NCBI RefSeq assembly: GCF_007748075.1 | Contig: NZ_CP036280.1 | Coordinates: 3,090,001 to 3,122,000 of the forward strand | Direction: 5' to 3' | Source: Mucisphaera calidilacus | GTDB lineage: Bacteria; Planctomycetota; Phycisphaerae; Phycisphaerales; Phycisphaeraceae | DNA: 32,000 bases | Shown: piece after piece, positions 18,634-26,809 of the stretch | Position numbering within the stretch: position 1 is the first letter of the stretch | How the letters are laid out: each line of letters starts with the position of its first letter | Notes under the pieces: generated by a model | Databases searched by the model: none | What the model was told of the DNA's origin: nothing | Seen by the model: the letters and a program-made list of their open reading frames with translations, nothing else | Translations under genes and position numbers: made by a program

Positions 18634-18656
18634 GCGAGTGATTTCAAAAACGCTCA

Positions 18657-19073
18657 ATATTTAGGCATATTACATAAGACCCGTCTGATTCTTATGCGTT
18701 TGCCCCGGACGCCTCGACCGTGGTGAAAAAAAGCGGACACCCTACGAGGGTGCCCGCTCATCGCCCCCCAAGACCGTCTCGGGGGTGGCCTGCGTCCTGA
18801 ATTTGTGCCCGGTGCCCGCCATCCCTTGGCGGCTCCGGGTGTCGCTGGCTTCGTGCCGCCGACGCCACACATAGTGCAACACCCGGACCACAACGTCCCA
18901 GAACCCGAAATTAAAACCTCAGACACCCTTTAATCATCTCCATTCTCCTGACATACAAACACTTACATCCCTCCATATTTTCGCGCACTTTCTCGCTCAT
19001 CACCCACACCCCCTCCAGACCACACCCAGAACTGCGCGCTCAATAGTCATTCTCTGAGGCATTGCCTAAATAT
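18657..19073. repeat. 11-bp perfect inverted-repeat pair, ATATTTAGGCA (18657-18667) and TGCCTAAATAT (19063-19073), bracketing 417 bp
   Basis: Read directly from the sequence. The related half-sites ATGCCTA (18619-18625) and AGGCAT (19057-19062) lie next to the arms. Confidence 0.9.
18726..18757 (-). terminator. Intrinsic terminator of an unannotated minus-strand transcript upstream of the amtB promoter
   Basis: The minus strand reads GCGGGCACCCT-CGT-AGGGTGTCCGC (11-bp stem, one A.C mismatch) followed immediately by TTTTTTT (plus-strand A-run 18726-18732). No CDS ends nearby. Confidence 0.7.
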
Positions 19074-19201
19074 CAGACGAACCCGACCCGCGAAAATCAA
19101 CCCGCATCCCGACCTTCCGCGTGCGAAACCATACAGTTCAGGTCACAATGTCCCCTGAACAAACCCCCTCCTGTGTCAGACCATCGAATCGAGGTGTGCA
19201 C

Positions 19202-21931
19202 GTGATTCATCATGCCGTTCTTCGGGGCTGTGCCGCAGCACTCGCCATCCTCACCCTCAACCTCAACGTCTACGCCCAGGCCAGCGAACAGCCCGCCGCC
19301 GTCCGACTCGACTGGCAGGCACTCCTGCTCGACCCACGCGTCGCCCAGCCGCAGGTCAGTGACCCCGTCTGGCAACTCAACCCCCGCCCAGGCCGCAAAC
19401 AGATGATGATCCCCTTCGTCATCCGCCCTGAAGCCAACATCATCGAACTCCGCGCCCCCGCACTCGCCATCCGGGGCGCCCAGTTCCAGGCATGGTTCAT
19501 CCCCGCACCCACCGACAACCCCGACCAGAACCAGTCCCACGCCCCAACAAACGGCTGGGGCCACAAACAAACCCCACCGGGCATGGACCCCGCAGGCGGC
19601 TTCCAACCCGGACCCAGCAACCCAGGCATGAACCCAGGCATGGGCCTCGGCAGATCCAACCCCGCCAACGACGCACCCCAGCACCCGCGACTCACACGCG
19701 CCATCAACGTCACGCCCCAAGGCGAGGTCCAGTGGTCACTCGACCGCGTCATCAACGGCGCACAACGCGCCGGACAGAACAGCCCCTACGCCCTCAAGAT
19801 GGACCCCGCCGCACTCCGCGAACAACGACCCGCACCCCCCAGCCGCAGCCGAAACGCCGACCGCGAGGCCCAGCGGCGCGAGATGGCCGACTACCGCGAA
19901 AAACTCAACGCCTTCAACCAGATGCAGAAAAGCCTCCGCGCCCTGCCCGATGACTTTACCGCCAAACCCACACAGGTCTGGGGCGTCTACAGCCTCATGG
20001 ACCGCGAAGACCAGCTCGAAATCACCGGACTCGAAACAGGCGACTGGACCATCACCCTCGCCCAACTCGACGCACTCCGAGCCTGGGCACAGAGCACCGA
20101 TGGCGTCGCCGGCGTCGACCCCAACGTCGTCCGCCAACTCCTCACCTCACCCCACCCCCTCAACACACGACTCATCGCACTCGCCGCAGCCCGAAGCGGC
20201 GTCCTCAACACCCTCGAAACCGCCGACCCCGCCGTCGTCATCGGCATCGCTCCCCTGCTCACCGTCCCCGACCAGCCCACACGCGAGGTCATGGTCCGAG
20301 CCATCGCCCAGGGCGAAACCATCGGACCACGCTCCGTCTCCCTCCTCGAACGCGCCGTCAACGACCGCTCACCCGCCATACGACTCGCCGCCGTCACCGG
20401 TCTCATGCGAGGCGACCCGACCGACGAACGACTCCAGCCCATCCTCGACCAGATGCTCCGAAGCGGCGCCGTGCCCGCCGCCAACGTCCTCACCAGCGTC
20501 GCCGAACAGGCCGACGCCGTCCGCAACAACCGCCGCGAAGACCAGGCCGTCATCGACGGCTGGATGAGACTCGTCCAGACCATGCCCGTCAGCGAAGCCG
20601 CCGCTCGCGAAGCCGACGTCGTCCCCGCCATCGTCAACAACAGCACCACCAGCACCACCATGCTCGACTGGCTCGACACCGTCCTCCTCACCGCCGACGA
20701 CCCCAAACTCGTCCTAAGCACCCTCGACACACTCGCTGCCTGGCCGCAGGACGAAGAATCCCCGCGCCTCGAACTCGACCGACCCGACCACCCCTTCATC
20801 GCTCAGCTCCAGGGCCCGCAGGCCGACCGCGCCTGGCCCGCCCTCACCGCCTACGTCCCCGCCGGCTCGCAACGCAGCGCCCGCAACCGGCAGTACGACA
20901 ACTACCCAGGCGACGACATGATGGGCATGGGACCCACAGGCATGGGCGGCCCGCCACCCAAAGCCTCCGCACGCGACAACGCCGACGCCGAGGAACAGGA
21001 ACTCAACGCCTTCGAAACCCTCATCAAGGCCGCGACCGACCTCGATCCCGCCCCCGAACAGGCGCTCGCCTTCGTCCTCCGCTCCGACAACCGCGACCAA
21101 CGCGCCCAGGGCCTCCTCCTCCTCGCAGGTCGCGGCAAGGGACCCGTCGCACAGCAGGCCGGCACCCTCCTCTTCCGCGAAGGCACCGCCGCCACCGCAC
21201 TCAAGGCCTTCGCCGACAACGAAGAACAACTCATCACAGGCCTCTACACCTCCCAGAACCAGCAGCCGCCCAAACTCCTGCCCCTCATCCACGTCGGACG
21301 AGGCGAAGCCCTCCAGTGGCTCGGCGAAAACCTCAACCGCGGCAACCTCCCCGACGACAACGCCTGGCTCGACGTCATCACCTCCGAACGCGACCTCGTC
21401 GCCGCCGGCGCCGACGAACGCGACTCCGTCGCCCGCGCCGCATGGACCGTCCTCGCCATCCGCTCAGGCGGCGACGCTCAACTCGGCGAACGACTCTTCA
21501 ACGAAGCACGCAGCGAGAACGTCAGCGACGCCCCCGCCGCGCAAGTCTTCTGGGAAAAATGGACCAACACCATCAACGCACAACTCATCGGCCAGAAAAG
21601 CGGCCCCTACCGCCTCGAAATCCTCGTCACGCACAAGCACGGCGACCCACAGACCGCCAAACTCGGCATCGTCACCCTCGAGGAAAACAACGGCCAACTC
21701 AGCTTCGCCAACGACGCCCTCAGCGTCGAACCCGGCAGCAGCGCAAGCCGAATCGTCCTCACCAACCCCGCACAACTCAGCGGACTCCAGCCCGACGGCC
21801 CACGACTCCTCGCCGAAATCGACTGGGGACCCTCCGTCGACCTCAGCCATCAGGACGACGGCACCTGGTCCAACTTCGTCATCTTCGGCGACACCAAACT
21901 CAACATCACCCTGACACCCTTCAACGACTAG
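19202..21931 (+). CDS. Large secreted HEAT/ARM-like repeat protein of unknown function
   Basis: The ORF is open from 19121. The GTG at 19202, with GAGG 7 nt upstream, starts a typical signal peptide (VIHHAVLRGCAAALAILTLNLNVYAQA|SEQ). HEAT-like repeats, e.g. DRSPAIRLAAVTGLMRGDPTDERLQPILDQMLRSG. Two Met/Gly/Pro/Asn-rich low-complexity inserts. Confidence 0.8.
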   Translation: MIHHAVLRGCAAALAILTLNLNVYAQASEQPAAVRLDWQALLLDPRVAQPQVSDPVWQLNPRPGRKQMMIPFVIRPEANIIELRAPALAIRGAQFQAWFIPAPTDNPDQNQSHAPTNGWGHKQTPPGMDPAGGFQPGPSNPGMNPGMGLGRSNPANDAPQHPRLTRAINVTPQGEVQWSLDRVINGAQRAGQNSPYALKMDPAALREQRPAPPSRSRNADREAQRREMADYREKLNAFNQMQKSLRALPDDFTAKPTQVWGVYSLMDREDQLEITGLETGDWTITLAQLDALRAWAQSTDGVAGVDPNVVRQLLTSPHPLNTRLIALAAARSGVLNTLETADPAVVIGIAPLLTVPDQPTREVMVRAIAQGETIGPRSVSLLERAVNDRSPAIRLAAVTGLMRGDPTDERLQPILDQMLRSGAVPAANVLTSVAEQADAVRNNRREDQAVIDGWMRLVQTMPVSEAAAREADVVPAIVNNSTTSTTMLDWLDTVLLTADDPKLVLSTLDTLAAWPQDEESPRLELDRPDHPFIAQLQGPQADRAWPALTAYVPAGSQRSARNRQYDNYPGDDMMGMGPTGMGGPPPKASARDNADAEEQELNAFETLIKAATDLDPAPEQALAFVLRSDNRDQRAQGLLLLAGRGKGPVAQQAGTLLFREGTAATALKAFADNEEQLITGLYTSQNQQPPKLLPLIHVGRGEALQWLGENLNRGNLPDDNAWLDVITSERDLVAAGADERDSVARAAWTVLAIRSGGDAQLGERLFNEARSENVSDAPAAQVFWEKWTNTINAQLIGQKSGPYRLEILVTHKHGDPQTAKLGIVTLEENNGQLSFANDALSVEPGSSASRIVLTNPAQLSGLQPDGPRLLAEIDWGPSVDLSHQDDGTWSNFVIFGDTKLNITLTPFND

Positions 21932-23453
21932 CACCACCCGAATCACCCGCCGCCTCATCCGCCTGCTCCTCAGGCAGCTCGATCCGCCACGCCAACGCGT
22001 AATCCTGCAACTCAGGCTCGTACGTCAGCGGGAACGGACGACGCGTGATCTCCAGCCGGTACACGCCCGGCGGCAACGCGTGAATGTACAGGTGCTCCAC
22101 GTTGTCCAGACGCGAACGGCTCTCCGCAAACACCGTCGGCTCGGCAGCCACACCCCCCTCGTCCGGCAACGCCACCAGACGCATGTCCAGGTTCGACAAC
22201 AACGGCCGAGGCAGCCAGACCGGCTTCGGCGTGAACGGACGACCAATCACCTCTCCCTTGATCTGACGATTCCACACCAGCATCAACGACACCGGACCCA
22301 GCAACCGGTTCGCCTTGATCGTGATGCTCCGCGTCTCACCCGTCGCCAGCGACTCGAACGCCCACCCGTAACGACGTCGAATCCTCGGCAGCTCGTCATC
22401 CTCACCCGCACCCTCCAGCGACGGCAGCGCCAGACGCGGGTTCTGCATGATCTTCAACGCGTTGTCGATGTTCAGCGTCCCCGCACCAAAACGCTCCGCC
22501 AGCGGCCGCCCCGGCTGAGCACGCCAGTCCAGCGACTTGGTCGCACCCGCCATCAGCACCGCCTTGACCACCTCGCTCCGACCCCCCGCCTCACCATCCG
22601 CCTCCAGACGGTCCGCCGCCTCCAGCAACGACGCCGCTGCAGCAGCCACCGCGGGCGTCGCGAACGACGTCTGACCGCCCGGCGCCACCAGGTCCGGCTT
22701 GCAACGACCAATCCCGTCCACGGGCGTCCGCCCCCCCGAACTCCGGCCGTTCGTCGTCCCCACCGCGATCACGTTGTACGCCGACGCCAACGCCGGCGGA
22801 ATCTCCGAGTCCGGCCCGTTGTTCACGCCCACCGCCATCACCACGTCACGCGTGTCAATCTGATAATCCACGCGACGCAACACCTGCTCGATCCCACGCG
22901 TCTCCTGCGTGATCCACGAATGACTGAACACCCGGATCGGGTCGTCCTCCAGCGGCGGCTCATCCGTGCCCACACGCAGATACGCCTCGCCGATCCACGC
23001 CATGCTCGAAAAACAATGAACAATCCGGATCCCCGGAGCCAACCCGCCCCGACCATAAATCACACCCGCCGTCGCCGTCGCGTGATCAAAAGGCGTCGCA
23101 GGACCCGATCTCGGCACAAATCGAACGTAATCAAACACCGGCTTTCGACCGTCCGGCAGGTACTGCGTCGCCCCGCCCTCCACGTGACCCGCGATGATGT
23201 CACGGCCCACCGGAAGATCGCGACCCAGACGAAAACGAGCCTTGTCCAGCCCGATCGCCTGCACCGTCGTCGCTCGCGGACCCGCCGGACGAAGCGGCTC
23301 GCTCTCACCGCCCGCCCCCGGACCGGGCACCGGCCGAACACGATTGTCCACCCGGCCCTGCTGACCAAACACCGCACCCGGACCCCACGCCGCCATACCG
23401 ACCAGCACGAGCAGGACTAAACTGATGATCGCTGGCCGAGGAAGGCTGAACAT
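21921..23453 (-). CDS. Secreted subtilisin-like serine peptidase (S8 family) with a C-terminal beta-rich domain
   Basis: The ATG at 23453 starts the signal peptide MFSLPRPAIISLVLLVLVGMAAWGPGAVFG. His motif FDHATATAGVIYG, Asn in GVNNGP, Ser motif APGGQTSFATPAVAAAAASLL. The catalytic Asp motif is not clear by eye. Confidence 0.8.
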   Translation of the reverse strand: MFSLPRPAIISLVLLVLVGMAAWGPGAVFGQQGRVDNRVRPVPGPGAGGESEPLRPAGPRATTVQAIGLDKARFRLGRDLPVGRDIIAGHVEGGATQYLPDGRKPVFDYVRFVPRSGPATPFDHATATAGVIYGRGGLAPGIRIVHCFSSMAWIGEAYLRVGTDEPPLEDDPIRVFSHSWITQETRGIEQVLRRVDYQIDTRDVVMAVGVNNGPDSEIPPALASAYNVIAVGTTNGRSSGGRTPVDGIGRCKPDLVAPGGQTSFATPAVAAAAASLLEAADRLEADGEAGGRSEVVKAVLMAGATKSLDWRAQPGRPLAERFGAGTLNIDNALKIMQNPRLALPSLEGAGEDDELPRIRRRYGWAFESLATGETRSITIKANRLLGPVSLMLVWNRQIKGEVIGRPFTPKPVWLPRPLLSNLDMRLVALPDEGGVAAEPTVFAESRSRLDNVEHLYIHALPPGVYRLEITRRPFPLTYEPELQDYALAWRIELPEEQADEAAGDSGGASR

Positions 23454-23506
23454 GCCGACGATGCTATCGGGACGAAGTGCATCACACTTCGCACAGGAAC
23501 CCGCTG

Positions 23507-24664
23507 ATGGCAGAAAACGACTCTGACGACGCGACATTATCGGCTCCGCTACGCGTGCTCCACCTCACCGCGGGCTCCGACGCGGGCGGCATCAGCCGAT
23601 ACCTCCACGTCCTCTGCCAGGAACTCAAACAACGCGGACACCAGCCCGTCGTCGCCGGCGAGGTCGGCATCTGGCACGACCTCTTTACGAACGCAACCTT
23701 CCCCTGGATCGAAGCACCCCTCAAATCCGGGCCCATCGGGCTCTGGCGCGCCCGCGCAACCATCGCACGCGGACTCCGAAACGCCGGCTTCGACCAGCAG
23801 CCCCCCGTCGATATCATCCACGCCCACTACCGAAAGTCCTCGCTCGTCGGACGATGGCTCGCTCGACGATGGCGCATCCCCCTCGTCTACACACTCCACC
23901 TCACCGGCATCCCCCTCGACTGGGCCTCCAACCTCCTCAGCGACTGGGGCGACACCACCCACGTCCCCTCCTCCCAGGCACAGCAGTGGCTCATCGACGA
24001 GGCACAACTCGACCCCGAACGCATCCAACGCATACCCCACGGCATCCACGCCGAACGATTCCCCGAAGTCGACGACCAGAAACGCACCACAGCACGCGCC
24101 CTACGCGAACTCAATGACGCCTCACCCGTCGTCGCCTTCGTCAACCGCTTCGACACCCCCAAAAACGACGACTGGGTCATCGACCTCGCCGACCTCAGCC
24201 GCGACGTCGCCCCCAACGCCCTCTTCCTCATGCAGGGCGAAGGACCCCACGAACCCATCCTCCGACGCGAAATCGTCGACCGACGACTCCAGAACCGCGT
24301 ACGAATCCTGCCCTACGGCGACCCCGTCCCCACCTACCACGCCGCCGACCTCGTCATCATCCCCTCAGCACTCGAAGGCTTCTCCTACGTCACCACCGAG
24401 GCCATGTCCGCTGGATGCGCCGTCCTCCGAACACGGACCGCCGGCTGGGAAGAACACATCATCGAAGGCGTCAACGGACGATCCTGCCCCATCGACCGCG
24501 AAGCCTTCCTCGCCGCCGGTCTCGAACTGCTCCAACACCCCGAGCAGCTCCGCGACATGGGACACGCCGCCGCCGCTCACGTCCGCGAACACCTCACCAT
24601 CGACCGACAACTCTCCGCCACCGTCGAACTCTACCGAAAGGTCATCGCCCAACACCGCCACTGA
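23507..24664 (+). CDS. Glycosyltransferase family 4
   Basis: LRVLHLTAGSDAGGISRYLHVLCQELKQRGH N-terminus and VIIPSALEGFSYVTTEAMSAGCAVLRT C-terminal motif. Start is the ATG at 23507 or the GTG at 23477. Confidence 0.85.
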   Translation: MAENDSDDATLSAPLRVLHLTAGSDAGGISRYLHVLCQELKQRGHQPVVAGEVGIWHDLFTNATFPWIEAPLKSGPIGLWRARATIARGLRNAGFDQQPPVDIIHAHYRKSSLVGRWLARRWRIPLVYTLHLTGIPLDWASNLLSDWGDTTHVPSSQAQQWLIDEAQLDPERIQRIPHGIHAERFPEVDDQKRTTARALRELNDASPVVAFVNRFDTPKNDDWVIDLADLSRDVAPNALFLMQGEGPHEPILRREIVDRRLQNRVRILPYGDPVPTYHAADLVIIPSALEGFSYVTTEAMSAGCAVLRTRTAGWEEHIIEGVNGRSCPIDREAFLAAGLELLQHPEQLRDMGHAAAAHVREHLTIDRQLSATVELYRKVIAQHRH

Positions 24665-24719
24665 GAGATGAACTAAGTAAGATGGTCAGGTCAGGTGATT
24701 TGCAGCAGGAGCCAGACCC

Positions 24720-26096
24720 ATGCCGACCATGACCACCAAGCACACACGTTTCACGCTCTTGACCCTCGTGATAACACTCGCAGCCCTGCTGCCCGGACCG
24801 ACCGCGGCACAGGACACACCCCCCGACCTCCCCTTCCTCGCACTCGTCATCAACGAGCAGGCCGAACTCCGCGCCGGACCCGGAAAAGCCTACTACACCG
24901 TCGGACGCATCAACCGAAACGACGTCGTCGAAGTCCACGACGCCATGCTCGGCTGGTACAAAATCGCCGCGCCCGAAGGCGTCTACAGCTACATCTCCGT
25001 CATGCACGTCAAGGCCAGCGGTGACGGCACCATAGGCGTCGTCGATGACGACCGCGCCACCGTCAAGGCCGCCAGCGAAAAAGGACCCGGCTGGAGCTTC
25101 AAGTCGCAGGCCACCCTCACACGTGGCACCGAGGTCACCATCGTCGGCGAAGAAGGCAGCTTCTACCGCATCGTCCCGCCCGACGACGCCCGCGTCTTCG
25201 TCGAACGCGCCGCACTAAGACCCATCAGCGACGCCGAACTCGAAGCACTCCGACAAGCCGACGAACAACCCGTGCCCGTCATCACCCAACCCGAACCCCA
25301 GCCACAGCCCCAGCAGCAACCCCAGCCCGAACAGCAACAAGCACAACGCGGACCCCTCATCCCGCCACCCGCACCCGCCACCGACAACGAACAGCCCGAG
25401 CAAACCCCCGCCGAGCCCGCACCCGTCTCCGAACCCCAGGCCGTCGAGCAGTCCATGCCCGTCGAACCCGCCACCGAAGAAGAGTCCGCCTGGCCCGCCA
25501 TCGGTAAGGACACCGTCAGCGTCGCGACCGAGCCCCAGAGCAACACCCTCGAAGCCGTCGAGCAACGCAACCGACCCAACTTCGGCCTCCCCCTCGAAGA
25601 AATGCCCATCGACCAGATGCAGGCCGACTACGAAACCCTCCGCGACGACGACTCCCTCACCGCGCAGGACCAGCAGATCGTCGAGATCCGCCTCATCGCC
25701 ATCGACCGCAACCGCCAGCTCCGCGACCGACTCCGCGCCGAGCAGGAGGCACAGACCGCACAAACCCCCCAGATCGTCGTCGAAGAAACACCCGCCGAAG
25801 ACGCCGTACCCGTCGTCGACCGCTCCGAGAACGCCGCGCCCATCGAGGACTACGCCTTCGTCGGACGTCTCGTCCAGTCCTCTCTCTACGACGGACAGCA
25901 GGGACGACCCTCGCTCCTCCGACTCGTCGACCCCACCACCCGACGGACCCTTGGCTACATCGTCACGCGATCCATCAGCGACCGCCGTGCCATCTCCTCG
26001 CTCGTCGGGATCCTTGGCGAACGCACCCGCGACGAAGACCTCGGCATCATGATCATCGAACCCACACAGATCGACCTGCTCTCCGTCAGGCCCTGA
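24720..26096 (+). CDS. Secreted protein with two bacterial SH3 (SH3b) domains, an acidic P/Q/E-rich linker and a C-terminal domain of unknown function
   Basis: AGGAG lies 8 nt before the ATG. Signal peptide FTLLTLVITLAALLPGPTAAQ. SH3b-like AELRAGPGKAYYTVGRINRNDVVEVHDAMLGWYKIAAP and ATVKAASEKG...GTEVTIVGEEGSFYRIVPP. Linker QPEPQPQPQQQPQPEQQQAQ. Confidence 0.8.
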   Translation: MPTMTTKHTRFTLLTLVITLAALLPGPTAAQDTPPDLPFLALVINEQAELRAGPGKAYYTVGRINRNDVVEVHDAMLGWYKIAAPEGVYSYISVMHVKASGDGTIGVVDDDRATVKAASEKGPGWSFKSQATLTRGTEVTIVGEEGSFYRIVPPDDARVFVERAALRPISDAELEALRQADEQPVPVITQPEPQPQPQQQPQPEQQQAQRGPLIPPPAPATDNEQPEQTPAEPAPVSEPQAVEQSMPVEPATEEESAWPAIGKDTVSVATEPQSNTLEAVEQRNRPNFGLPLEEMPIDQMQADYETLRDDDSLTAQDQQIVEIRLIAIDRNRQLRDRLRAEQEAQTAQTPQIVVEETPAEDAVPVVDRSENAAPIEDYAFVGRLVQSSLYDGQQGRPSLLRLVDPTTRRTLGYIVTRSISDRRAISSLVGILGERTRDEDLGIMIIEPTQIDLLSVRP

Positions 26097-26284
26097 CGTC
26101 TGGTCAAGACAGGACGTTCGTTCCGATCCTGACAAACAAGCCGACCTCCACGGTTGATGCGCCCAGCAGCACCCGGCCCATCATTATCGAACATCCCTCT
26201 CCTCATACCGGTTATGGCCGGCACCCCGCTCGCCGATGCTCCGTCTGCAGCCCTCCGCTGCCGAAGTACCCACGGAGCCCCCCC

Positions 26285-26809
26285 ATGACCTCACCCCAAG
26301 ACCCCTCCGACGCCGGCCAGCCCAGACAAGGCATGCGCATCGGCGAAATCCTCCTCGAACGCGGGTTGCTCTCCGAGCAGCAGGTCTTCGAAATCACCCA
26401 GGCCCAGAAAAAACAGCCCCTGCCCTTCGGCGTCCTCGCCGAACGCATGTTCGACGTCACACTCGAAAGCATCGAGCAGGCATGGATCGAGCAGTACCAC
26501 CGCTTCACCGGAACACTCGACCTCAGCACCGTCAGCTTCGACACCGAAGCCCTCAAGCTCATCAACCGACGACAGGCATGGCAGTTCGAGATCCTCCCCG
26601 TTCGCTTCGAGGCCGACGGACAACTCCTCATCGCCGCCTCGCGGAGCCGACTCGCACGCGCCGTCACCTTCGCCGCACGACGCATCGACCAGGAAGTCTT
26701 CCTACGCATCTCCGAGTCCGACCAGCTCCGCGCCTTCCTCAGACAGCACTTCCCCATGCCCGAGGTCAGCGAAGAGCTTCTGGAACAGGCTCGCCGACTG
26801 GCCGGTTGA
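26285..26809 (+). CDS. Stand-alone T2SSE_N / MshEN-like domain protein (candidate c-di-GMP receptor)
   Basis: 174 aa. RIGEILLERGLLSEQQVFEITQAQ fits the 24-residue MshEN motif. A 5-aa spacer (KKQPL) and a degenerate second copy follow. The C-terminal half resembles the GspE N1 domain (ILPVRFEADGQLLIAASRS). There is no ATPase domain. Confidence 0.75.
   Translation: MTSPQDPSDAGQPRQGMRIGEILLERGLLSEQQVFEITQAQKKQPLPFGVLAERMFDVTLESIEQAWIEQYHRFTGTLDLSTVSFDTEALKLINRRQAWQFEILPVRFEADGQLLIAASRSRLARAVTFAARRIDQEVFLRISESDQLRAFLRQHFPMPEVSEELLEQARRLAG

Noticed and set aside
18600-18640. Possible sigma-54 (TGGCAC-N5-TTGC) promoter for amtB around AGGCATGAACGTTTT and TTGCAA
   Set aside because: The GG and GC elements are not at the required 12-nt register: TT occupies the -12 position. 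A sigma70-like TTGCAA-17-TATTCT fits better.
18758-18905. Resemblance of the minus-strand segments GAAGCCAGC...GCCAAGGGATGG and GTCGGCGGCACGAAGCC...CCCGGAG to SRP RNA domain IV or the ykkC (guanidine-I) consensus; possible glutamine riboswitch
   Set aside because: Only short, non-contiguous matches were found. There is no GGAA tetraloop helix and no conserved junction nucleotides that I can align. A covariance-model search is needed before any call.
18654-18926. 90-aa minus-strand ORF in the amtB upstream region
   Set aside because: It reads straight through the intrinsic terminator hairpin and U-tract. It is Arg/Gly/Pro-rich and has no RBS. It is more likely non-coding, structured RNA.
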